Assembly: GCA_002269645.1 (NCBI GenBank)
Contig: NIVC01001330.1
Span: 124,001 to 188,000, forward strand
Reading direction: 5' to 3'
Source: Macrostomum lignano
Taxonomy: Eukaryota
DNA length: 64,000 bases
Under the pieces are notes generated by a model. The model was not told the origin of the DNA, made no database searches, and saw nothing but the letters and a program-made list of their open reading frames with translations. Of this stretch, positions 45,913 through 56,888 are shown in pieces. The position numbers were made by a program, and so were the translations under genes. The number at the start of each line of letters is the position of its first letter. Position 1 is the first letter of the stretch.

Positions 45913-46511
45913 ATGGTCGCAACAATTCGCGTGACAAACATCGTGACAGGAGCCGACCTGGCGACCCGGTGGGTCTGCCACAACTAGCGAATTTCCTGAC
46001 TCTTCATCTGCCTCAGTATCACACAATCCGCCATCGCCTGGTTCATCCTCGAACACTGGCAGTGGTTATGAAGAGCGAGCAGCATCGAGTAACCGCGCTG
46101 GTGTATCCGACCGGACAGGTGTCTGTCTGTGGAGCCAAAAGCATGGAGGAAGCTCTCGCAGAGACGGAGAAGATTGTGAGGCTGTGTGCGGACTTCTTGC
46201 GATTGACCAGTCTGCCCCAGATTCGCATCAAGACTATTACCTCTGTGACGGCCTTTCCCGCGGGTCCGCATCCACTCCGGTTGGGGGAAGTCAAGTCTAA
46301 ATGGCCGCATCGGGCCACCTACGAGCCGGAAATGTTTAACGGACTTGTGCTCAAGTTTAATGCCTCTGTAAAGTTGATTTTGTTTCATTCGTATCGTTGT
46401 ATAATAGCAGGTGCTCGCAGCGTGGTTGAGGCTCAGACTGCAGCTGATGCCCTCTCCCGCATTTTGCTACCAGATCAAGCATCCGAACCTACTTTGCTGG
46501 ACTCTGACTGA
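45913..46511 (+). CDS. TATA-binding protein (TBP)-like protein, ~199 aa, one -1 frameshift at 45960
   Basis: Two TBP half-repeats: IRVTNIVTGADL(G)DPVGLPQLA...VTALVYPTGQVSVCGAKSMEEA and IRIKTITS...PLRL...YEPEMFNGLVLK...LILFHSYRCIIAGARS. Confidence 0.85.
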
Positions 46512-46937
46512 GCTCCTCTACGGCATAACAGTAGTAGTGAGATCTGCCTATGCACTGAGTAATAATAATAATAATAATAATATTTTCCTATAACTTTACT
46601 TCTGTATTTTTTGTGTACAAAAGATAAGAAAAAATAAACGCGAATGCGACTATAGTGTTTGTACAACAATGCTTACGAAAATGAAATGTTTTTTAGTTTA
46701 TTTTATTGGCAGGTCCATGGATTGCAAAGCATAAAATTTCATGTTAAAAGCTCGTATTAGCACAAAAAAGTTTACGAAGAATGGAAGGGCAGTATTAAGG
46801 CCCGTCGCGTGTATTTACAAAACAGTATTATCGCCAGGAATCAAAGCATGATGGGGCAATATTATGGCCAGTATTGACAAAGCAATATATACAACAGTGC
46901 ATGATCAGTACTATGGTTCAAAACTATTAAAAAAAAG

Positions 46938-47633
46938 TTAATTGACGAAATGACCTGTTGTCGCTTCATGCATTGCGCGTCGCTTCATTGGTAGCTGGTG
47001 GAATGAAGGCTGTTGGTTTTTCTCAGCTGTTGGTGGCTCTTCCAGAGTTTCGGATGTAAATCTCTTTCTAAATTCAGCCTGAACTGCCTGGAAGGCCTCC
47101 CAGTGGTCGTCCCACTCTGCCGGCTGCCTGTCAGGTACTTGCATCAGTTGGTCGAGTGAAAGCCTTGCTGCCCATGCTGCACCCTCTTCAGGCTCCGTAG
47201 GGTGATATCCCATCCACCTTGGATCGCCGATCGGTGGCTCGACCGGAGGCTCTCGCTTGTCAATTTTGTCTAGGACCCATTGCTTTTGAGCCCAGACTTC
47301 GCGCCAAAGTGTTGTAGGAAGCGGTAAGGCGTGCCTTAGGTGCACCGGCGGTCCGAGTACAGTTGGAAGGCGCCAGAGTGTAATTACGCCATTTTGCACA
47401 ACCACTTGCCTGTTGCCACCCAGAAGGCATCGCGCATCGATGCACTTTCTTGCAAACTCTTCCAGTCGTTACTTCAGGCTGCCCAAGTGGCAAAACTGGT
47501 GGACGGTGAGCTCCATGCCAGGCAGACCTGGTCGATACTCTTCATCAAATTTGTACCACTTTCTGATGCTGATGCACTTCGAGTGCGACCTGACGCCGAT
47601 TCAAAATCTGTTCGATAATGTATTGAAGTTCAT
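46938..47633 (-). pseudogene. Tandem PC4/Sub1-like ssDNA-binding protein, 231 codons with two in-frame stops
   Basis: Hand translation from ATG 47633: LSNRF*IGV..KCISIRKWYKFDEEYRPGLPGMELTVHQF..L, then LGGNRQVVV..GVITLWR...ALPL..TLW; stops at 47603-47601 and 47471-47469. Confidence 0.65.
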
Positions 47634-47645
47634 TTGTTCACTGTC

Positions 47646-49291
47646 AAAAACTGTGCGCTTTCCTTCCGGCTGTGCGCGAGATTATATACGACGGGAGTTG
47701 ATAAGTAACACCAGCTCCCGCTCCATAGCAATAACCAATCCGAACCCCGAATCCAACCCCACACAACAACCCTCTGGCAAGAACTCTCGGCAAATCAGGA
47801 GACCTTCCGGGGAACCACTCAGCCATTTAGAAATCAGCTCCCGTTACATAGCAATAACCAATCCGAACCCCGAATCCAACCCCACACAGCAGCCCTTTCG
47901 CAGGAACTTTCGGCAAATCAGGAGCCCTTCCGGGGACCACTCAGCCATTTACGTAACAGGAGGTGGCGGGACCTTCTTGCGGCCCTCTGGCCGCCAAGAA
48001 GTAGCGTTCTAGGTCTAACGACCTCACGCTGTACCCGCCACAGCAAGATAGAGTACAACCAAAAGCATGGAATGAGGGTTTTGCCTCGGCTAGCTTTAAA
48101 GGCGGTAAGTGAGACAGGTAATAAGACTTGGGTTTAGGAATTAGGAGGGGGGAATTGGTTTTGGTTAGGGTACAGGATAGAAGGACCTTGCTACATGGGA
48201 TGGGGCAAGGCGTAGGATAGGAGGGGGCCTTGGTATGGGATGCATGGGGTGCAGGACAGGAGGGGGCCTTGGTATGGGATGCACGGGGTGCAGGACAGGA
48301 GGGGGCCTTGGTATGGGATGCACGGGGTGCAGGACAGGAGGGGGTCTTGGTATGGGATGCACGGGGTGCAGGACAGGAGGGGGCCTTGGTATGGGATGCA
48401 CGGGGTGCAGGACAGGAGGGGGCCTTGGTATGGGATGCACGGGGTGCAGGACAGGAGGGGGTCTTGGTATGGGATGCACGGGGTGCAGGACAGGAGGGGG
48501 TCTTGGTATGGGATGCATGGGGTGCAGGACAGGAGGGGGTCTTGGTATGGGATGCACGGGGTGCAGGACAGGAGGGGGTCTTGGTATGGGATGCACGGGG
48601 TGCAGGACAGGAGGGGGTCTTGGTATGGGATGCACGGGGTGCAGGACAGGAGGGGGTCTTGGTATGGGATGCACGGGGTGCAGGACAGGAGGGGGTCTTG
48701 GTATGGGATGCACGGGGTGCAGGACAGGAGGGGGTCTTGGTATGGGATGCATGGGGTGCAGGACAGGAGGGGGTCTTGGTATGGGATGCACGGGGTGCAG
48801 GACAGGAGGGGGCCCGGTTTGGGGTCGGGGTGGGTTTGGGGGTCGGGGTGGGTTTGGTGTCGGGGGGGCGTCTTCGGGGGCGCCCTCTCCCCTCATTGGC
48901 CGGGTGCCCCGGCCAATCCCGTGCGATGGCGGTGGAGGGTACCACTTTCCTACTACTTATGCAGATTTTTAGTTTTCACTAGGCAAATGAGTCACTGTTG
49001 GCGCTCCCTTTCACAAAAGTAATAAAATAGTCACTAGAAGTTAACTCTGCGTGGGCATCGTAGGATTTCATTCAGAATAGATATTTATTTCTTATGTAGT
49101 GAAAATTAAAAAATACAGCAGATTTATTATCGGAATAAACATTTTCACCCAGCACACTTTACATTTTAATTAGATTTGAGCTGTGCAAAACTGGAGCAGC
49201 TCCAATCGCTGGCGTCTGGAATGTGAAACTCTGAGAGTGTTTTGAATAAATATTTTAGTCAAAAAGGTTCGGACAAAAAACTACTTCACGA
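47646..49291 (-). repeat. Right TIR of element 1 (1646 bp; fifteen 39-bp units and a ~123-bp duplication)
   Basis: Inverted copy of the left TIR; TATATAA at 47688-47682 points at the PC4-like ATG. Confidence 0.95.
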
Positions 49292-50089
49292 ATCTGTTAG
49301 CCAACCAGACAACTGAAGTAGACGGACGCTGCGCTCGATTTTCTCAGCACGGATGTCCGCCTCGCACATTCGTCCGCATGTACGCAAGGCTCTGCAGAGT
49401 CCCGTTTGCTGCAAAAGACTGGCTTCGTAACTCTTGGATGAGCCGACGAAAATTTACAACAGAGATCGGTCAGCTCGGCTGAGCCGGAAGAAGAGCGTGC
49501 GGCGCCGTCTGCAAGAAGACAGAAAGCGGCGAGTTTGGTGGCGATCTGTTGCTCCGAGAGCTGCACGACGTGCCCAAATTACAGGCTGAGCTGACTTTAT
49601 TAATGTGCCTCTGCTTGACTGCACGTTGCGCAATCAAATTAGAGCATCATAGACGCATTTTACTTTGATTGACTGCCGGCGATTTTTTCAACGGCAGACA
49701 GGCAGTTCGAGTCTTCAGTAAAGCAAAGAATTTATCTGAATTAAAATCAAGTCAATTATTTACCTGACATTCATTACTATCTCACCGGTAGATTCGATGT
49801 TTTACTAAAGTACTTTAATATTTTTACATTTAGAGCTTTTTATATCGAATTTAAAGGCTGTAAACATTATAACGGTTGTGAATTGTTGGAAGATGTCACG
49901 TTTTTGAGCGCTTTTAGCCTCAGTATAGTATGTGTAAATAATCTGTAAATAAACTAATAGGATTGCTGCAGAACTGCTTAGGGATAAGTGGCCATTTGCT
50001 CAAGGATTGTGTAAAACTGCTGAAAGACCAGTGTGCTTCACTGAATCGGTGCTCATTTTCTAAATGTTTCACTCTCCCACTGGGTCATA

Positions 50090-51642
50090 TTTTGTGATTG
50101 TCTTGCTTTCTCACTCATGTTTTGTGATTCTCTCACTTTCTCACTCATATTTTGTGATTGTCTCACTTTCTCGCTCATGTTTTGTGATTGTATAGCTTGC
50201 TCACTCATGTTTTGTGATTGTCTCACTTTCTCGCTCATGTTTTGTGATTGTATAGCTTGCTCACTCATGTTTTGTGATTGTCTCACTTTCTCGCTCATGT
50301 TTTGTGATTGTATAGCTTGCTCACTCATGTTTTGTGATTGTCTCACTTTCTCGCTCATGTTTTGTGATTGTATAGCTTGCTCACTCATGTTTTGTGATTG
50401 TCTCACTTTCTCGCTCATGTTTTGTGATTGTGTCACTTTCTCACTCATATTATGTGATTGTCTCACTTTCTCACTCACATTTTGTTATTGTCTCACTTTC
50501 TCACTCATATTCCGTGACTGTCTCACTTTCTCACTCATATTATGTGATTGTCTCACTTTCTCACTCACATTTTGTTATTGTCTCACTTTCTCACTCATAT
50601 TCCGTGACTGTCTCACTTTCTCACTCATATCATGTGATTGTCTCACTTTCTCGCTCATGTTTTGTGATTGTATCACTTTCTCACTCATGTTTTGTGATTG
50701 TCTCACTTTCTCGCTCATGTTTTGTGATTGTATCACTTTCTCACTCATGTTTTGTGATTGTCTCACTTTCTCGCTCATGTTTTGTGATTGTATCACTTTC
50801 TCACTCATGTTTTGTGATTGTCTCACTTTCTCGCTCATGTTTTGTGATTGTCTCACTTTCTCACTCATGTTTTGTGATTGCCTCACTTTCTCGCTCATGT
50901 TTTGTGATTGCCTCACTTTCTCGCTCATGTTTTGTGATTGCCTCACTTTCTCACTCATATTCCGTGACTGTCTCACTTTCTCACTCATATCATGTGATTG
51001 TCTCACTTTCTCGCTCATGTTTTGTGATTGTATCACTTTCTCACTCATGTTTTGTGATTGCCTCACTTTCTCACTCATGTTTTGTGATTGTCTCACTTTC
51101 TCGCTCATGTTTTGTGATTGTATCACTTTCTCACTCATGTTTTGTGATTGCCTCACTTTCTCACTCATATTTTGTGATTGTCTCACTTTCTCGCTCATGT
51201 TTTGTGATTGTATCACTTTCTCACTCATGTTTTGTGATTGTCTCACTTTCTCGCTCATGTTTTGTGATTGTATCACTTTCTCACTCATGTTTTGTGATTG
51301 TCTCACTTTCTCGCTCATGTTTTGTGATTGTCTCACTTTCTCACTCATGTTTTGTGATTGCCTCACTTTCTCGCTCATGTTTTGTGATTGCCTCACTTTC
51401 TCGCTCATGTTTTGTGATTGCCTCACTTTCTCACTCATATTCCGTGACTGTCTCACTTTCTCACTCATATCATGTGATTGTCTCACTTTCTCGCTCATGT
51501 TTTGTGATTGTATCACTTTCTCACTCATGTTTTGTGATTGCCTCACTTTCTCACTCATGTTTTGTGATTGTCTCACTTTCTCGCTCATGTTTTGTGATTG
51601 CCTCACTTTCTCGCTCATGTTTTGTGATTGTCTAGCTTGCTC
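50090..51642. repeat. 30-bp satellite (TTTTGTGATTGTCTCACTTTCTCGCTCATG), ~52 copies
   Basis: Read directly; the 10-aa periodic ORFs are artefacts. Confidence 0.96.
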
Positions 51643-52028
51643 AAAAATTTTAATTCGTTTTCGCTTCATTCTTGCAGCATTTCTAGGGTTCCTAAGCTTT
51701 ACGTGATAAGCAGTCGACTTCGGTATTTCGTGCTGATAAAAACTATTCTAGGGTAACAATTTTTAGTGTATCATATTTAATGACATATTTGAATATCTAC
51801 TCATCAACATTGAAAAGTTAATTGCCACTCTATGCGCCAGCAAGCAGTTTTTACTGGACTATTCTGAAATAAAAGATGCAAGAAAACTGATCTGGGTAGC
51901 TTTAATCCGTCCAACACTCGCACACCGCTCCCCACACTTCATTCCTCAACTCAAGTCTGCCGCGGTGTAGCTGAGTTGCATCACTCCCAAGTAGAAGGCA
52001 TGAGGGGGCTTCTGGGACAAAATTTTTC

Positions 52029-52330
52029 ACGTCCTCCATAATCCACCTAAATCCATCCATATTATCCCCGACAGAATCAGAAAAAAAGGGGGGTCGCACT
52101 CGCTCCGAAAACGTCCTCCATAATCCACCTAAATCCATCCATATTATCCCCGACAGAATCAGAAAAAAGGGGGGTCGCACTTGCTCCGAAAACGTCCTCC
52201 ATAATCCACCTAAATCCATCCATATTATCCCCGACAGAATCAGAAAAAAGGGGGGTCGCACTTGCTCCGAAAACTTCGAACATAATCCTATTAAATCCAT
52301 CCATATTATCCCTGACAGAATCAGAGCATT
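52029..52330. repeat. ~81-82-bp tandem repeat, ~3.5 copies
   Basis: ACGTCCTCCATAATCC at 52029, 52111 and 52192. Confidence 0.9.
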
Positions 52331-52780
52331 ATCCCTGACAGAATCAGAGCATAACAGTAGGACACCTGTTATGCTCACTGACACCGACATCCACCCATAG
52401 CATGTTCGAAACAATCAGAAAATAATCTGCATTCTTCTCCCCACATTCAATTTGCAAAGCGAAACCACATCCCTAAGACTTTAAATCATCAGCGCAGGGT
52501 CCTCACCCTTTGAAAAAATATAAATTCTCAATAAAAATGTTTCCAGTTGTCTCTCCAGGTTCTTATTACAAAACGCACGAGCCTAATTACAAATCCAAGT
52601 ACCGATGCAAACTTGAATGCAGCGAGTACATGAGAAAATATTGGCCCGGCATGGATATCAATGTCCCTAATATTAATCAAGCTCTCCAAAGACACTGGTT
52701 TGAAAAACATGGAGTAACCTATGTAAAAGATTACGATAGCTATTATAACTTTGCAGAAATCATTAAGCAATTGTGATTTC

Positions 52781-53330
52781 TCACATTCTCTCAATGATCA
52801 ACGTCAATACAAACTCTTCACCGTTGAAATCAACACCCACCCCATCTTCAGTCTCAAACTGTAGCACAATCTCGTGAATCTCCTTATTACTCAATACAAC
52901 TCTTTTCACTGGATTTGGTTTCTCTACCACCATCTGTCCTCCAGCTACAGACTTGGAGATGTTGTACAAAATATTAGTTCGCTTTCCCTTAAATACCCAA
53001 TCAAGACTGAGATTAGTTCTGATTAGAATATTCAAACCCTTTACAATGTCTGCTATATTGGGTGCTAAGAACAAACCGCGTACACTTTCCCGGGCCATGA
53101 TAACGGCCCCCGTCGCTTGAGTGGCGGTCCGCGCCGCGGATTCTGCCTTATAAACTTTCTTCTCGAATCCTAATTCCCTATACCAAGTGTCATCTTTAAA
53201 CTCAACCTCCGCATTTTTGTGAACTTGCATGACCACTCTCATTACAGTGAGATCATAGGATAGTTTGACAGGGAACAGTTTTTTATCTGGCTTACTCGCA
53301 TCAGGTGTCTCGAAATATAAGCCGAAACAT
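52781..53330 (-). pseudogene. Minor capsid (penton) C-terminal part; 5' part degenerate or interrupted
   Basis: ELGF, NIADIVKGLNILIRTNL, ILYNI...GGQMVVEKPNP, EIVLQFETEDGVGVDFNGEEFVLTLII. Confidence 0.75.
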
Positions 53331-53460
53331 TAAATTCTGCATTATCTAATAATAAATCAGCACATGGACAAACTCATCTAAATTAAATATCAGCAAAGCT
53401 GGTTTGAAGATTGTGTCTGTCACTTTTTATTTAGAAGAATGAGTAAATAGCATATCATAA

Positions 53461-53781
53461 TTAATAAATTGATAATTGATTACCAATGGGCAGATGTGCA
53501 ACCGACAGCTCAGCCGCAGCTATTGCGCAGCTCATCTGAAGGCTGCTACGGCTGTTCAGTCCAAGGACTGGGGGGTCGCCATACACACACCCTCAATTAC
53601 TCCAGCTAATGCTGGCACCCATTTTACAGCTGGGTGAACTGAAGCAATGCGGAGTAAAGTTCCTTGCTCAAGGACACAAATTGTTGCAGTGGGATCGGGA
53701 ATCGAACCCCCCGACCTTCAAGTCGTGAGTCCGACGCCCTAACCACTAGGCTACAACCCCTACAGCAGGTGGGGTTGTAGT
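53461..53781 (-). mobile_element. tRNA-derived CORE-type SINE (321 bp)
   Basis: A-box TAGCCTAGTGG, B-box GGTTCGATTC, CORE-like TGTCCTTGAGCAAG...CAGCTGTAAAATGGG; 9-bp TSD ATATCATAA (53452-53460 / 53782-53790). Confidence 0.88.
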
Positions 53782-53994
53782 ATATCATAAATAACATGTC
53801 ACACACAGCTGGTACCAGAATAGGAAAAATTTCAACGCGTTAGCCTTTTCTGGCCAATCGAACGCAAGCTAGAGCGTGCGTAAAATACAAAAATATTTAT
53901 ATACAAAATATACAAAATATACAAAGTATACAAAAATATACAAAAATATACAAAATATACAGAATATACAAAAATATTTAACAAAAAAAATAAT

Positions 53995-54240
53995 TGCTCT
54001 TGCAATAGGAAAAAATGCCAACGCGTTGGCTTTTTCTGACCAATCCGAAGCAGGCTAGCGCTTTTTATAAAAAATTCTTTCTTTTGCTCTTGCAATAGGA
54101 AAAAATGCCAACGCGTTGGCTTTTTCTGACCAATCCGAAGCAGGCTAGCGCTTTCTATAAAAAATTCTTTCTTTTGCTCTTGCAATAGGAAAAAATGCCA
54201 ACGCGTTGGTTTTTTCTGACCAATCCGAAGCAGGCTAGAG
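53995..54240. repeat. 90-bp direct repeat, ~2.7 copies plus a partial copy at ~53820
   Basis: TGCAATAGGA at 54001, 54091 and 54181; contains CCAAT. Confidence 0.9.
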
Positions 54241-54248
54241 TGTCTTTT

Positions 54249-54932
54249 TCAAACAAGTTGCTTCCATGACTGATCATCCTCAAGGATTTCAACTAATATT
54301 GACATATTAGCATTCAGATCACGAAGCGGCAGGAAGACTTGCTTAAGACCAGGGTATTCACTTTCCAGCTTGAATAACTTCATATAAAGATTGGCCGACG
54401 AAACCTTGAGGTTTACTTTATCGAGAAGATAGTCAAAATTCTGTTTTCGGGCCTTTCTATCGTAGTTTTTGTTACCGTTTTTAAATGTCAACAAAATTTT
54501 TCCACATTGGATCGCATGAAGCAGACCACTCTTCTGCGACCTTTTCAGACGAAGCAGAGCGCACTGCAGACGCTTTACCACATCACCGCCTTCATCATCG
54601 GAAGGTATCCCAACATCCGCTTGGGGAATTCGTGAGGCGGTGAGCTTCTGTTTGAAGTCTTCTTTGCGCTTAGCTCGCCGCTCTGCATTAAGCGCCGCCA
54701 TGCGATCACTCGCCTCCTTCTTCTGCTGCCGCGTTAGAGTTAGGACTTCCATTTGCAGCGAATCTTCCTTGAGCCCGAAAAATCTGGCGATCTTTTGTCT
54801 TTTCTCCGCAGCTCTAACTGGATCCTTGATTTCTGCTAAAGTCTCAGATAAGACCTCGCATAGTCTCCGTTTCGCTGTTTCGCCAGACAGGTTTAAACAC
54901 CAATCAACATCCATAGATGAACTAGAAGCCAT
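54249..54932 (-). CDS. Accessory protein, 227 aa, with a putative C-terminal helix-turn-helix (DUF3102-like pattern)
   Basis: Intact ORF; AIQCGKILL..K...F..LL..V....S.ANLYMKL pattern. The family call is tentative. Confidence 0.55.
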   Translation of the reverse strand: MASSSSMDVDWCLNLSGETAKRRLCEVLSETLAEIKDPVRAAEKRQKIARFFGLKEDSLQMEVLTLTRQQKKEASDRMAALNAERRAKRKEDFKQKLTASRIPQADVGIPSDDEGGDVVKRLQCALLRLKRSQKSGLLHAIQCGKILLTFKNGNKNYDRKARKQNFDYLLDKVNLKVSSANLYMKLFKLESEYPGLKQVFLPLRDLNANMSILVEILEDDQSWKQLV

Positions 54933-55320
54933 TACGGTTTCGGTCGAGCAGCAGAAGCGTAAAGTAGTTGCACATAAAAAACTATAATCTGTCGCTTCTG
55001 TTTCTCAGTGCACAATGCGTGTGAAGATATAGAGAGCTAAAAATCGTTTTCAAATGTACATGCGCTTGTATCTACGCGAAATTTCTGTTACTAGCTGTTG
55101 CGTTCGATCGATTAAGCCACCCACCCGCTGCTCTACTCAAGCACCTAACACCAGCAAAGCGAGCTAAGACTCCCAAGCTCACTCTTTCCTTTCCTAAGAT
55201 TGTATGGACAAAATTCCTAGCAATACATTCGCAAAAATCGATTTCCCAATTTTTAAAAATGCAGCTGCTGCGTTTGGCCAGGGCTGAGAATAATACGCTC
55301 GTAGTTAAACCCTTCCCGAC

Positions 55321-55821
55321 TCAAACGTCTCTCTCTACCCCCAGCTCTTTCAGCAGTCTTCCTAGTACCTTGTGAGGTGCGCACAAAATAAACCCGGCTC
55401 CCGTGCGTTCGCCCTCTCTCCCCGTGCACTCGCCCTCTCTCCCCAAACACCCGCCCTCGGCGTACACCCCCAACCCCAGTTTTGTCTTACTAAAAATAAC
55501 AGCTTTAACTAGCTTCCGAGCGATCGACTCCTTCCACCCGCTTGAAGCCCCTATATTGTCTAGTCTCTTAAGCATTTCTTTGTCCCAGCGATTCTTCTCC
55601 TCAGGAAAATCTCTATACTTAACGTCGTGCCACATGCAGACAGAGTCTAGCTCGTTCACAGGCTCATGCCCAGGATGTGGATTATTGTTTTTATCTAGCT
55701 GTATTTCAAGTGGATTCAAAGGCCCGCAATATTTATAGCCGGGAAGTGTCCAGCCTTTGTTCGGATGAGGAAGCTTTTCTATCAGTCCATGTGAATCTAA
55801 CTTACCACCAGAGCGCTGCAT
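55321..55821 (-). CDS. Parvovirus-type phospholipase A2 domain protein, 166 aa
   Basis: TLPGYKYCGPLN (Ca-loop-like), PVNELDSVCMWHDVKY (catalytic HD), RWDKEM. Confidence 0.88.
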   Translation of the reverse strand: MQRSGGKLDSHGLIEKLPHPNKGWTLPGYKYCGPLNPLEIQLDKNNNPHPGHEPVNELDSVCMWHDVKYRDFPEEKNRWDKEMLKRLDNIGASSGWKESIARKLVKAVIFSKTKLGLGVYAEGGCLGREGECTGREGERTGAGFILCAPHKVLGRLLKELGVERDV

Positions 55822-55851
55822 TATTTTATTTAAAATTTTCTTTTTAAATAA

Positions 55852-56888
55852 ATGACAGATCAGAAACTTAAAAAACTCTACTACAGCGACAAAGGTTTCT
55901 TTGTAGGCAAAAATGCCGTTAGTAAACTCATGGAGCTGAGTAAGGAACCAAAAGCTACAGTAGAAAAATGGCTCTCTAAGCAGGCTGTCTTTCAAGTCTA
56001 TTTCCCACCAGTAAAATTTGAAAGGCCCCATTTCAGTATTTATAAACCTAATGAAGCGCACCAAGCAGATCTTTTGTTTCTCCCCAATGACTCAGGCTAC
56101 AAGTATGCTCTCACAGTAATAGACATTGCTTCCAGATATAAGGAAGCTCGCCCACTCAAGACGAAGAAGTCAGAGGTTGTTGCCAGCGCACTGCAAGATA
56201 TTTATAAAAACTCTCCGCTCACATACCCCAAATCTTTATGACCGACCCGGGTAAGGAATTCATGGGTGTAGTGAAATCCCTTATGGAAAAGAAAAACACA
56301 GAGATTCGCTATGGCAGAACAAACTTGCACAGAGACCAGGCTTTTGTGGAAAGATTCAATCTAACTCTAGCCAAGAGACTATTCACTAAGCAGACAGCGC
56401 AAGAACTCAAACTGAGTGCGGGGCAATACTATACCAAGTGGACAGAAAGACTCCCCATTGTTATAGAGCAACTGAACAATGAAGTCACACGTATGACTGG
56501 ATTGAAACCGTCCCATGCAATTAAACAAGACACTGTCAAACTTAAGGCAACTCAAAGAACAGACAACAACACTACAACCCCACACAACACACACAACACA
56601 AAACACACCTCGAACTACCCTCAGCTTCCAGGAGTTGAATCACCATACATACTGACAAACTCTGAGTTTCTACGCTTTTTATATCTACCTGGAGAGCTAG
56701 AGAAAGACACCAAAAGAAGAGCTACAGATCCATACTTCAGCCTTGATGTACATAAAATAGACAGACATTTTACATCCGACTCTGGAGAGTATTACTTTTT
56801 ATCTCAAGCCTTTAACCCTAAATCCCCCACGCGGTCATTCACTAGAGCTGAACTCCTAGTGATACCAGCTGACACAGAAATTAATTAA
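55852..56888 (+). CDS. Retroviral-like DDE integrase (345 aa if the one -1 frameshift at ~56238 is corrected)
   Basis: HQADL, LTVID..SRY, (L)MTDPGKEF, VERFNLTL; the junction TTATG is TTA-ATG minus one A. Confidence 0.92.

Larger units (their letters stand above)
36600..49291 (+). mobile_element. Polinton/Maverick (adintovirus-like) element 1, 12.7 kb, internally deleted and decayed
   Basis: Long TIRs at both ends plus pPolB, integrase remnant, penton, major capsid, cysteine protease and packaging ATPase. Confidence 0.95.

Noticed and set aside
47941-49022. Long Gly- or Pro-rich ORFs in several frames
   Set aside because: Translations of the 39-bp repeat inside the right TIR.
50053-51706. 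Cys-rich 529-aa and related ORFs
   Set aside because: Translations of the 30-bp satellite.
55822-56064. N-terminal extension of the PLA2 ORF
   Set aside because: Antisense to the integrase 5' end; ATG 55821 after an A-rich leader is the more plausible start.
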